Assembly: GCA_050084985.1 (NCBI GenBank)
Contig: JBITNC010000001.1
Coordinates: 146,010,001-146,074,000 of the forward strand
Direction: 5' to 3'
DNA: 64,000 bases
DNA from: Nageia nagi
Taxonomy: Eukaryota; Plantae; Pinophyta
Below the pieces are notes generated by a model that did no database searches, was not told the origin of the DNA, and saw only the letters and a program-made list of their open reading frames with translations. Position 1 is the first letter of the stretch. Every line of letters starts with the position of its first letter. The position numbers and the translations under genes were made by a program. Below are positions 13,849 through 25,749 of the stretch, one piece after another.

Positions 13849-15492
13849 TCAATAGGATCAATTAACAAACTAAATTAGGCTTTAACTATGTTTCAAATTA
13901 AATGTACTTATTCCCTAATCCATAGGAAGACATTTACAATTAAAATCTCTAGTTACACCTTGGTATGAAAATTATTTGATCCTTATTTATGGTCCACTAG
14001 ATCTAGTTGGGTATAAATGCCTTAATATCACTTCAAATCATTCTAGGTTGTAGTCATCCATAATATTAACTATATACTATATTATACTTATTTATATTTA
14101 ATATACATTATAAAATGCCTACATCAATAAGTATGTGGGTCTCCTTACTCTAGTAAGCATGTATAGTCACCTTCAAGCACTCAAAATTATACCTTTTTTA
14201 TTAGATTACATATTTATTACCATATTCATTTCTCATGAAAATGAACCAAAATGATAATCCTTTAGAATTAGTTCTCTTATGTTACAAGAATGATATCATG
14301 TATACTTACTTACCTATATGTTACCTCATTATTGTAGTTTGATATTATTTTGTTCTCTCAATCTTAGGAATGTATACAAACTTTCCCATATGTTTTCCTT
14401 CTAAAGTAATTTTATTTATACCTTCATGTTAATCATATTAGCTAGGCATATGAATGTACTTAGCCATTACATTTATCAAGGTTTCTATCAACATATCAAT
14501 TATATGAATTTTATTTATTATGTCTTACATTATTTTAGTGACCAATATAATGTTCCTTATCAGAAAGTAATCAACATTCACACATATGTAAAAATTATTT
14601 TATTTCCTTCTTATTCATAGCTAAAGCTTATTCAATAAAATTTCATCTCCCTTACCTTTTTTGTTATCGCACATACTTGTATTTTTTTCCAATCACTATT
14701 ATTTCTAGTAGATGTAAAAATACCTAATAATAAAAAATTACTTTCCATCAACAAATTATCTTCTCATTTGTACATATATTATTTAGCATCAAAATCTTAA
14801 GGTATGAATGAAATGAAATATCCTCAATGACCAAACACAATATTTGAGTTATATTTATATTTTTTAGGTATTTTCTATTTTTACTAGAGTAAATATTTCT
14901 TATTTTTTCCCCTTATTTTCCAAGTAATTGTTTCTTATTTTACAATCTGAATTTATTATCTTTTATTTTCTAGAATGAAATATATACTCAAACCATTATT
15001 TTTATACTATCATTATTCTCTTCTGATTCAAGTATTTCCTAACCCTTTATATATATAGAATATAAAAATATTTAAAAAGGGTAAAATATCCAATCTAAGA
15101 GGTAGTTCTACCTTATGTGCACTAGCTCAAAACATTCTTAGGATATTACATTGACTAATATTTTTATACTTCAAAATTGTTATATGTTCTTATGAGGAAC
15201 CTTCAATTTACCAAAATACTATTTATTAATCATGCAATTTAAATGAATCCTCTCACTTCTTCTTTTCTAGGTCCTTGCCTTATACTTAGAGTTTCTCATT
15301 TATATAAATTTATTAATGTTCTCTTAAAATAATATCATATATTTAGTAAACATTTTAGACTATGTCTTCTTCCCTTTAGCAACTACTTTTGATCTAAAAT
15401 GGTTCAATTCAAAAGGATGACTCTTCATGAGGTAAAATTTATGCACCTAAGATCTTTCTATTTGAAATCGAATTTACCCTAGAAGTTTTGTA

Positions 15493-16680
15493 TGTTGGAT
15501 CTAAAGTTTTAATAATATGCATGTTGAACTAGCATGATGATAGGGCATTAACATCATTCCTTTAGATGAATATCCTAATGAAGAGAAATGGTTGAGGTTG
15601 TATCCATTTAGTCTAATTATTGCATAGTCATTTCATTATTTTTGGATAATAATTAGTGATTTGTAGTGGTATATATATGGCTAGAATCCATTTTTGAGGG
15701 TTAAAGAAAAAGTGTTTTGACAGTTATATGAGATTGTTAAAGGATACCTTGAAGATAAAAATTTTATTCAAGGATATTTGAAGGGTGTTGTAGATAAAAA
15801 AAGCAATTTTATATTTATGGCATCTATAATATTTTACTCTAGAAATACCATTTTGAATTCCATAATGAAGAGGAGATGTCAAATCATATATACTTCCCTA
15901 TTGAAAGGAATCAATACAAATATATCTATATTATTTTGAGCAATTATATGTTTTAATATTATTAATCATTTTTTAGTATTCTCTAATTAAGTACATAATT
16001 TTGCAATAAATTTATTTACAAAGAAAACCATTGATAGCCTTTTCACAATCATTTTAGGGTTTCTATGTCATAGTTCATCTATACTAATTTAGTTCATGTA
16101 TAAGTTGCATTTGATGCAATCTTGAATAACATAAATTATAATGTTTAACAAAACATGTAGTATCAGAGTAAGTTTGACAATTTAAATTGGCAATTATGAA
16201 TAAATGGTATAATATATGAAATACGTGAGTTATTCCCTCCTAACCATAGAATTGGGAAGGTATAGAAGAAAAAATTCAATGGAAGAATAGGAAGAAAATC
16301 CAAAAGATAGCCCACAAAAAAATTCATATTTAAATTTCAAATATGAGATGAGATTTCTTGCAATAGAGAGAAATATGGCTATGATTATAGACTTACTTTA
16401 AGGAAGACAAATCACCAAGGATACAACGATACCAAAGTTTGATAAAATAGTAGTTAATAATTTTATACCTTTTCATGCCACTACATCATTATCATTCAAG
16501 TCAAAGGAATGATTTGAAATCCCTACTTCTAGAGGAGAGGTAGATGTTGAGAATTTAAACAATTGGCCCAAAGAATATGAGCTATATTTTTAGATTCAAT
16601 ATATTGATAATGATGTTAAAAAACTTATTCATAAGATTAAAAATGGGAGTTCGTTCATTGATTTCATGGGAATGTAATGT
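15493..16680 (+). mobile_element. Decayed Ty3/gypsy 5' fragment: LTR ending ACA at 16155, degenerate iMet PBS (tagtatcagag, 16158-16168), gag remnant
   Basis: About 16516-16615 translates to EIPTSRGEVDVENLNNWPKEYELYF*IQYIDND, typical of the N-terminal part of gypsy gag. LTR start is uncertain. Confidence 0.55.
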
Positions 16681-16879
16681 TTAAAATTATTTATTATTAT
16701 TTTTATTATCAGTTTTTGGTTCCTTGTTCTCATGAGCTCTACATCTTCGATCTCTATAATTATATCATTCTTTGTTATACCCCCTTAATCTATAATCTTG
16801 CAACCAATATTTATTTCCTCCTCTATGTGTGACTAGGATCTTTTAATTTTATAGCTAGTTAATTTCTTGCCTTCTATTT

Positions 16880-18245
16880 TTGTTAGTCTCTTTTATTTAT
16901 TAAAGGATCTTCCCTAGCCTCAACCTTTATTATTATTTTTAGATGTTTTCATTATGAAATTTTTCTTAATGTTTATGATATACTTATACATCTCCTTTGT
17001 AAAAAATATAATTATTATTCTCATTTCATCTTGAATGATACATTTTAATAGATTCATGCATCCACTAATATTTTCATTTGTCTCCTCAATATGGTCAAGT
17101 CAAATAGTCAATCAATTGAATTACTCATTATAGTATTTTAAACTCATCTCCCTTTATCAAATATTTGATAAGTTCTTGACTAAATTTAATTCATATTTTA
17201 TGTTGAGTAATATGTGATCAAAGAAACTCACTATTTTGTTGAGAGAGCTAATCTTTCATTTACCTTCATTAATTAGTTCCTTCTAGAAATTTACTCTTAC
17301 CAAAAGGATACATTTCCTTTCAATCTTATAACAATGAGTTATATTTTCTTGGTTTCTTTTATGTTCTAATGATTAAAATATACTTTTAATTCAAAGATCT
17401 ATTCAATTAATTATTCAAAATTGATCATTTGTCTTGAAATTTTGAGAAATGCTAGATATGGGTTTTCATAATTCGGCTACCATCTCCGCTAGGAGGGATG
17501 CCCCCAAATGAAAAGTTTTTTATCAACCAAAATCTATTATTTAATGCCTCAAAATTACCTTTTAGTGTCAGTTTTTAGGATTTTCCAATAAGAAGACTTT
17601 AATATCTTTTGTTATGGAATTTCTTTAGGAGAATAAATTGAGAAATAGCTTAGTCTATGTTAATTGGGCTTGTATGCCAAGTTTGGTTGTAATCCAAAGA
17701 ACTTTCTATTTTTAGAAACTTCCTATCTTTCTATCTTTAAAAAGTTTCTGTTTTTAATAATGTCCTAGTTTTTAAACTGTTCATTATTTTTGAGGGAGAG
17801 TCTCCTATTTTCTATATTAGCTATTGTAATAGACCTGAAAAAGGTCTTGTGAATTCAGGAATGAGAGGAGAATTGTTCATAGGTTTTCTTTTGTGTTAAT
17901 ACATTTATGTTATTGGAGCCTATTTTGTTGGTCTCTTGCAGCTGAATTTACATCAAAAATCTAAACTTAAAATATAGTTTAATAAATCCATATCTTATGT
18001 ATTTCCAATTTTTTCTAATACTCTAGCTACTATCATTTTTTACTCATCTTCCCCTTTATCATCAACTAAATATATACATTGTCCTTCAATAATTCTTGTG
18101 AACATATAAAGTCTCCTACAACCATTCTCAATGGCTCCACTTGGCCCTCACTCTTGTTAGCATATAACTTCCCCTTCAACCATTCAGTTTATATCATGAC
18201 TCCATTTTTGTGGATTGTATTGAATTTTAGCTCCATTTTTCATTA
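16880..18245 (-). mobile_element. Decayed CRM-like gypsy gag, split by the solo LTR at 17422-17955
   Basis: Minus-strand translation with stops: KYELNLVKNLSNI**REMSLKYYNE*FN*LTI*LDHIEETNENISGCMNLLKCIIQDEM...KG*G*GRS, resembling Retrotrans_gag (DYQxxLFxxLQNLRQxxMxVxEYTEEFxxL...GLRxxIQDE). Confidence 0.6.
17422..17955 (+). mobile_element. Solo LTR (534 bp), CRM-like gypsy, same family as the LTR at 33006-33597
   Basis: TG...CATCA termini; 5-bp TSD AAAAT at 17417-17421 and 17956-17960; reverse-complement similarity to 33006-33551 (gctagatatgggtttt, tgcctcaaaatta, ttttagtgtcagtttt, agactttaatatcttttgtt, gctattgtaatagacctg). Confidence 0.85.
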
Positions 18246-18849
18246 AAAGTAATCAAAACAATCATCCTTTGAATATGGCTAATTTTTTGTTTACCTGTCT
18301 TTTCTTTCGGTACACACTCAAATTCGTATGTGTTATCCCGTGATACCGATTTCACCTACATCCTTCCGTCGAAATTTTTAATTTTCGCATAACCAACCTC
18401 ACACACGTACACAATTCTACCTCTATCTTTCCCTCCATCAAATTTCTTTTGTCCATGAGGAAGGCACAAGAACCTGCATGTCTCTTTTCGCGGTCACTAT
18501 GGGGGCTACAATTATCTGCTTTTTGTTGCCTGTGTCTTACATTGTGATCCGTAAAAATCCTCCTCCCACCGTAATGGGATTTTTCTTGCACACGAAAAAC
18601 CTTCTTTATCTCTCTTTATGTGATTGCAGTTTTCTTCCTATTCCGATGTTGCGGGTTTTTGCGTGGCAATCACCTCTCCGCTTTCCTTATATCATGGCTG
18701 CAAGCTTCTGTTTCTTTTACTTCGATGTTCAGCCTGTTGGGCACAAAAAAGCTTGGCAATCAAAACACATTTTTCCTCCCCAAGATTTCTTCTGCTTTTC
18801 GCATAGATGCTCCAACATCAAAATAATTACTTTCATAGATCGTCTGTAA

Positions 18850-20030
18850 CTTTCTTCATACAATTTTTGCAGAAAGAATGAACAACACATGCACAAATCT
18901 GATCATAAAGAGAATGCTACTGAAAGAAAATACAATCACAAAATATGTGAATCTTTTTTATTTCAAAATTTCTTGATTTCGTGCAATCCAATACAATTCA
19001 GATCATTCTGCATGCACAATGGGTGGAGGTAGTGCCAGAGGTAGATGCAACATAAAGAGAAGGAGCAGCAGTATTTTAGTAAGGAATGAACAATATATGG
19101 ACAAAGCTTACCATAGAAAGAAATCTACTCAAAAAGATTAAAAAGTGTGTGCATCTTCTGTATAGCATTTCTTTCTTGATTCCCTGCCAAACAATGCATT
19201 TCAGATCATATTGCACGCACGCTTGGTAAAGGGAGGAGGAGAAGCACAGGGCTTATAATAAAAAGCATTGAGATGTGAGATTCCGTGATATTATATGACA
19301 GCAAAAATAGTTGTTACATTCTTAGTAAATATTCAATTGTACTAAAACGAAGGAAATGGGGACTTAAAAACTTCTTGAGAATATTAAGGAACATAGTATT
19401 ATTGAACTACAAATTGCATTTGTTGTAAGCAAGGAAACAAGTTTAGAACTATAGAAAGTAAGATATATAAGATGCCATTTTCATATTTCCAAGGATCCCA
19501 GCAAGAAATATTTAGAATGATGATGTGAAGCATACTTCCCGATGTCATTGGTAGCGTGTATCTTCCTTCATATAATTGTTGCAGAAAGAGTGAACAACAC
19601 ATCCAAAAAGCTGATCATAAAGAGAATGCCACTGAAAGAAAATACAAACAAAAAATATATGAATCTTTTTTATTGCATTTGTTTCTTGATTCCGCTCAAT
19701 CCAACACAATTCACATAATTCTGCACGTACACTGGTTGGAGCTAGTGCCAGAGGTAGAAACCACTTGAGGAGGAGGAGGAGAATCACGCTTTTAATAAAC
19801 AATCAACAATATATGGACAAATCTTACAATAAGAAGAAATCTACTAAAAGAAGGAAGAATAAAATCTGTTTCCATCTTCTTCATAACATTTCTTTCTAGA
19901 TTCCGTGCCAAGCAATGCATTTCAGATCATGTTGCGCCAACGTTTGGCCCAGGTAGAGCCAGACATAGATGCGTTTGGGGAGGAGGAGGAGCAGAGGGCT
20001 TATAATAAAATGTCTTGAGATATGAGATTC
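18850..20030 (-). repeat. Four tandem copies (two ~440-470-bp dimers of ~205-bp units) of the pseudogene's C-terminal coding tail plus 3' UTR
   Basis: 18850-19285 is homologous to 19560-20030, and each block has two related units. Tails read ...STHCACRMI* (18998-19012), ...FYYKPCASPPPFTKRACNMI* (19201-19215), ...SNQCTCRIM* (19711-19725) and ...AKRWRNMI* (19922-19936). Confidence 0.85.
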
Positions 20031-21015
20031 GGGGTTCCAGGTTGCATCTTCCAAACGTGTAAAATCTTTGGGTTATATAATTATATGCACGACCACACCC
20101 ATATTTGATGTCAAACTCTGCAAAAGAATCCTTGAACTGTGCAAAATCGTAATATCGTTCCATTCGCAATCCCCACAAAGCCTTTGGAAACTCAACCACC
20201 TTCTTCATAACAAAACCCTAAGCATCAGAAGGAGTGGACAAAGGATTCAATCTCCATAGACCGATTGCTCTAGATGTTGTGTCACTTTGACTGTCATGCT
20301 TTCGGAAGGAACTCATTATAAACAACTGGTTTTTGTAGGAAAACAAGGCAGGACTTGTCTGCCTATATTTAAGTCTATGCTCTTTTGTCAACCACATCCA
20401 CTCAATATCCACATCATGATGATTTGCAATCTTTAACCGACACCGTCTCCGAATTTCCAAATATGAAGAAGGTTTTGCATGACATTATATTGACCTAAAC
20501 CTATACCGTAAATGGCTCCATCTCCTTCATTTTCACAGCTTGAAAAGCCGAGAGTAGAAGTTCCTAACCGAGACAGGGTGTGGTTCCCTTTGATCCACGC
20601 AGATCCATCCCTGTTGTCATAAACATACGAAAACATTTCAAATGAAAACACCATGTTATGTGGGTCATAAATAGGGTCATTTTCCAGTATAATCACAAGC
20701 CTCAAATCTCCCGGACTTCTAATTCATGGATACACACATCATGTATGAGTCTGAGAATATATCGCCGTAATCAATAAAGAATACGAAGTCTTCTCTAGCA
20801 GGATGCCAAATTAAAAAAGAAATTTAAATAGAAGAGGTCATTACATAGATATCCTCCAGAGCATGCCACAATCTCGTCAATTTGCCGAAGTACCCTTTTG
20901 TAAAAATGTCCAGTGGGAATGTGGGGAAGGGGCATATAGTTGCGGGTGCCATTCTCCTGTTCCTCCTGGTTGTTGAGGAGAAGTTGAGCGCGTTGTGATA
21001 TTGTGCAGTCGGAGC
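19922..21015 (-). pseudogene. F-box/kelch-type (FBA-like beta-propeller) pseudogene, 3' part; intronless, with several frameshifts and stops
   Basis: Stitched frames give PLPHIP...IVACSGGYLC...FLIWHPAR...VSMN*KSGRF/RLVII...YVYDNRDGSAW...IGLWRLNP...*GFVMKKVVEFP...AYNYITQRF...FYYKPS. This parallels the motif order of plant F-box/kelch proteins (VAssGGLlC, lvcNPlT, ykVv, vYDSxxxxW, iweL, W.xV.xmP, vYd, fePs). In-frame TAG at 20719-20721 and 20218-20220; frameshifts near 20990, 20815, 20703, 20440 and 19978. Confidence 0.65.
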
Positions 21016-21568
21016 TGTTAGAATCTCTCCTGTACAGCGGAAGCAAAAACAAAGATACAAGAGAGATAGAGTGCAGTAAAGACAGAACACAGTAAAGTAC
21101 TTTATTTTTAATTTCTGAAACTTGCGAAAAGAGAAATACAGAGTACAGTAACAGATCACAATCTACAATTTGAATTGCCTACAATTCTTAGCTCTGCAAA
21201 CTACCTATTTAAAACAAAATGCCCATGATGTGGCTACAGGAGAAGAATCCACGATTTGTTACACAATCATGCCATCCACATTAATTTCTTCCTGTTAGAT
21301 CATTAAGCTGGTGTAACAGAACTGTAGCTCATGGTGGGAAGATTGCCGCTCTTATTTAAAATTTAAATCTACTTAATAGGCAAGGAGGTGGGTGACGTCA
21401 TACAAAGAGAAAGAACAGCACAAACCGGAGAATGGAAGAGGTGACGTGAGCTAGAGAAGGTTCCGGGGTCTGGAGAGGTGAAGACAGATAGAAAGAGATT
21501 CCGGGGTCCGGAGGATGGATTTCATACGACAAGCATTCCGGACTCCATTGAGATTATTATTTTCAACA
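21016..21568 (-). repeat. 3' LTR of the copia element
   Basis: Direct repeat of 25750-26302 with 11 substitutions and no indels (manual count). Confidence 0.97.
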
Positions 21569-21583
21569 CTACCCCTTAATCTC
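21569..21583 (-). other. Polypurine tract overlapping the last pol codons and stop
   Basis: GAGATTAAGGGGTAG directly before the TGTTG of the 3' LTR. Confidence 0.85.
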
Positions 21584-23260
21584 AACGGGAGCATCTTCTC
21601 CATTATCAGTGATCCCAAGATTTTCCCTTTGCTGCATGAAAGTTCTCGATCCTAGTGGTTTGGTGAAGATGTCCGCGAACTGCTCAGTTGTCTTGCAATG
21701 TTCTAAGACAATCTCTCTAGCATTAATCAATTCTCTGATATAATGGTACCGGGTGTCTATATGTTTGGTTCTTTTGTGAAACACTGCGTTCTTGGATAAG
21801 GCGATGGCAGAACTGTTATCACACAACAATTTTGTTGCCTCCTGTTGTTCATGCCCCAAATCCTTTAATATTCTCCGCATCCAGATGGCTTGACAAGTTG
21901 CTGTTGTTGCCGCGATGTACTCTGCTTTTGCTGAGGATAGAGATACAATGGGCTGCTTCTTTGATGCCCATGACACGACTCCTGATCCCAGATGAAAAAC
22001 ATATCCAGAGGTTCTCTTCCTGTCATCTGCGCTTCCTGCCCAATCACTGTCAGTATATCCAGTCAATTTGAAATCCTCAGATTTCTTGTATATGATGCCA
22101 TATCCAATTGTGCCTTGGACATATCTCAAAATTCTTTTGGCTGCTTGCAAGTGCGTTGATTTGGGATTCTCCATGAACCTAGAGATCAAACTCACAGCAT
22201 ACACTATATCTGGGCGTGTAGCTATCAAATACATCAGGCTTCCTGCTATGCTTTTATACAAGGTGGGATTCACACTTTTGGTCCAGTCTTCTTTTCTCAG
22301 CTTGATGCCCATAGCAACAGGCGGTGGGGTTGACTTGCAGGTCTCCATTTGGAACCTCTTCAGTATATTTGTTGCATACTTTGATTGAGATATAAATATC
22401 CCATGCTCTAACTGTTGTACTTCAATTCCAAGGAAGTATCTTAACAAACCCAAGTCTGTCATCTCAAATTCCTCCTTCATCTCCTTTTTGAAGTTATTAA
22501 CAATTTCTTCATTACTGCCCAAAAAAAGTAAGTCATCTACATACAGTACAACAATCAAAATCATACCTTTGTTCTCCTTGATGTACATTGTGGGCTCTCC
22601 ATCACACTTGCAGAAATTCTTGTTTATGAAGTATGAATCAATCCGGCTGTACCAAGCTCTTGGTGCCTGCTTCAATCCATAAAGCGCCTTTTTCAACCGA
22701 TAGACCTTGCTTTCTTTTCCTTTTGTTTCATACCCAGATGGCTGCTCCACATAAACTTCTTCATTCAACACCCCATTCAGAAATGCTGACTTTACGTCCA
22801 TTTGATGGACCTTCAACTTGTACTGGGCTGCTATGGCTAAGACTACCCGCACAGTTTCCATTCTTGCAACTGGTGCAAAGGTTTCCTCATAGTCAATGCC
22901 GTATTTTTGTTTGTAGCCTTTTACCACCAGTCTAACCTTATATTTGTCTACATTTCCTTCCACATTTCTTTTGGTCTTATAGACCCACTTTACCCCAATG
23001 CAATCCTTGCTATCTGGAAGATCTGTGAGTTCCCATGTCTCATTCCTTTCAATGGCGTTTATCTCTTCATCCATTGCCTTAATCCATTTTTCTTCTTTCA
23101 CAGCTTCTTCAAAGTGAACTGGATCTCCTGTAGGTGAAAATAAGCTAAACAAAGCAGTTGAACCTTCACCTTGCTCTTGCTGGTACACCTCAGTTAAGCT
23201 TTTATATTTTTGCCTTCTCAGTGGTGCAACTGAGGTTTCACTTGTGGAAGTGCTGGATGC
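21569..23260 (-). pseudogene. pol: Copia pol part 2: reverse transcriptase (RVT_2) and RNase H
   Basis: KWVYKTK, QMDVKSAFLNG, LYGLKQAPRAW, LYVDD; RNase H YTDSDWAG, AEY, CDNSSA, ADIFTK. Confidence 0.96.
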
Positions 23261-24820
23261 TTATCCTTCACTGGAATTGTCTCCTTCGAGGATTGCTGCC
23301 CCTTGCTGATTTTGGTTCTGGACTGGAGGAGTGTATACTGTAACACCTTCTTCATCATCCTGACCAGTTCCCACAACATTGACTGTTCTTTGAACACTAC
23401 CATCCCATGCTTCTTCTTCAGCAAATTTCACATCTTTGCTGGTAACTACTTTCTTTGTAACAGGATTGTACAAGTGATAAGCTTTGGACTGATTGCTATA
23501 TCCAATAAAAATAGCTTTTTTAGACTTATGGTCCAATTTATTTCTTAATTTGTCTGGGACATGTGCATAGGCTACACATCCGAAAACTCTAATGTGAGAT
23601 ACATCAGCTTTTCTCCCAGTCCATGCCTCTTCCGGCACCATATTTTCCACGCTCTTGGTTGGACATCTGTTCAGAATGTGAACAGCATATTTTACTGCTG
23701 CACCCCAATACTCATTTGGCAAATTCTTTGCCTTGAACATGCTTCTGGCCATCTCCATGATGGTTCTATTCTTTCTCTCAGCAACTCCGTTCTGCTGAGG
23801 TGTATACTGAGCGATGTACTGCTGGTGAATTCCATTATTTTTGCAGAAGTATTGGAATTCCCGTGACATGTATTCGCCTCCTCTATCACTCCTCAGTGTT
23901 TTGATGACATAGCCACTCTGTTTTTCCGCCATAGCTTTAAATTGTGTGAAGTACTCAAACGCCTCATCTTTGGTCTTCAACAGATACACCCAAGTCTTTC
24001 GAGTGAAGTCATCAATAAAGGATAGAAAATAGTTTGCACTGTGGATTGATGGCGATTGCATTTTTCCACACAAATCCGAGTGGATAATCTCCAGTGGTGC
24101 TTGTGCTCTCACAGTTACACTTACCGGGAATGCATCTCTGTGTTGCTTACCCATTATGCAGCCTTCACATATTTTGCTAGACTTTTCAATAGCTGGCAAT
24201 CCAAGCACCATTCCTCTCTTATGTAATAGATTTAATGATTCAAAATTCAAATGACCCATTCTCAAGTGCCATAACCAATTTACATCCTTTTCTTCTGCTT
24301 GCAAGATGACCTGAGTAGTTGCTTTCAGACTGTGATTTTTGTCATGTTCAATCTTTAAGGGAAACATCCTGTTTCCTGTCATATCAACTCTAGCTATACA
24401 CTTCTTGCTAGGACTCCTATCCAAGATAGTACAAATGTTTTTCTTGAAATCTACAATATAACCTTTACCCACCATTTGACCTATGCTCATCAGGTTATGT
24501 TTCAAACCTGGAACATAAAATACATCACTAATGTACTTCTTTTCTCCATTGTTGGTTAGTACACTGATACTACCTTTTCCTTCAACAGAAACTTTATTAT
24601 CATTCCCTAGTGTCACATCTATCTTAACATTATTATCAAGACTGATAAATAATTCCTTATCTCCAGTCATATGATTACTGCATCCTGAGTCTAGATACCA
24701 AACATCCTTTTTATTTTCTATTACAGCATTACAGGCTAAGAACAATTGATCTTCAGATTCTTCCTCATTCTCACTCTCCACAGTGTAGTTTGCATTAGAC
24801 CATCTATGATCTCTTTCTTT
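23261..24820 (-). pseudogene. pol: Copia pol part 1: aspartic protease, GAG-pre-integrase and integrase core; ends in premature TAA
   Basis: WYLDSGCSNHMTG; LWHLRMGH...CEGC; IHSDLCG, RSDRGGEY, QNGVAERKNRT (DDE). The stop at 23261-23263 is in frame with the downstream RT ORF. Confidence 0.95.
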
Positions 24821-25703
24821 TTTTTCTACACTTATTTGCATAATGACCATATTTCTTGTAGTAATAACATTCAACATCAGATTTATCATACCTTTGTTCT
24901 TGAGCTTGTTCTTGGTTTGGCCTCAATCTTTCATTCTGCTGACTTTGTTGACCTTGGCCTCTTTCAGGATTTCTACCTCTGCCCCTTCGAGACCTTCCTC
25001 TGCCTCGTCCTCTTTCGGAATCCATAGTAACTTGTGTCTTGAAAGCGTTCGCCAGGGAATCACTATCAGACCTTCTCAGTCGATGCTCATGAGAAATCAG
25101 TGAAGCTTGCAACTCATCAACAGAATAATGAGTCAAGTCCTTGGTTTCTTCAATGGCAACTACCAAAGAATCAAATATGGATGGCAGACTCCTTAGAATT
25201 TTCTCAACCACCCTTTTGTCAGGAACGTCCTCACCATGGGACTTCATCTGATTCACCATACCCACAACAAATGTCATGAAAGAATCCACTGTATGTGAAT
25301 CCTTCATTTGCAGAGTTTCAAACTCTCTTCTCAGCAATTGTAGTTTTGCAGTCTTGACCTTTGCCATACCTTGATAGACAGTCTCAAGTATATCCCAGGC
25401 TAACTTCGACTTTGTGCAGGCCTAAATCCTTGGAAATATACTCGGCTCCACTCCTAGAAAAATCAAGTTTAATGCCTTGGCATTCTTTATTTTATTCTCC
25501 TTCAGCAAGGCTTTTTGTGCATTAGTCAATGCATTCTGTGCCGCTTCATCTGCAGGCTCTGAAAATCCATTCGTAACCACTTCCCATACATCTTGAGACA
25601 TGAATAGGGTCTTCATCAGAATAGACCAGTATTCATAATTTTTTCCATCAAATTTCGGCATTTGTGGCATCATGGAAGATACATTAGTGCTTGCTTGAGC
25701 CAT
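24804..25703 (-). pseudogene. gag: Copia gag (UBN2-type gag plus zinc knuckle), with premature stop at 25422-25424 and a damaged CCHC
   Basis: FDGKNYEYWSILMK...QDVWEVV; LQLLRREFETLQMK; VEKILRSLP; knuckle reads CYYYKKYGHYANKC (second Cys is Tyr). ORFs 25422..25703 and 24804..25367 share a frame; frameshift in the A-run near 24820. Confidence 0.93.
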
Positions 25704-25737
25704 TCTTCTATAATTTTGGCGTCTAAGCCGTAAACCT

Positions 25738-25748
25738 CTCTGATACCA
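25738..25748 (-). other. Primer-binding site complementary to tRNA-iMet 3' end
   Basis: TGGTATCAGAG on the minus strand, 1 nt after the 5' LTR. Confidence 0.95.
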
Positions 25749-25749
25749 C

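Noticed and set aside
19545-19802. 85-aa ORF with a signal-peptide-like N-terminus (MFIKSVILLLLLKWFLPLALA)
   Set aside because: It starts at TTG, the Leu run is the CCT repeat read off-frame, and the homologous frame in the sister copy has stops.
21832-25103. Numerous plus-strand ORFs of 60-106 aa
   Set aside because: Antisense shadows of copia gag-pol with no recognisable motifs.
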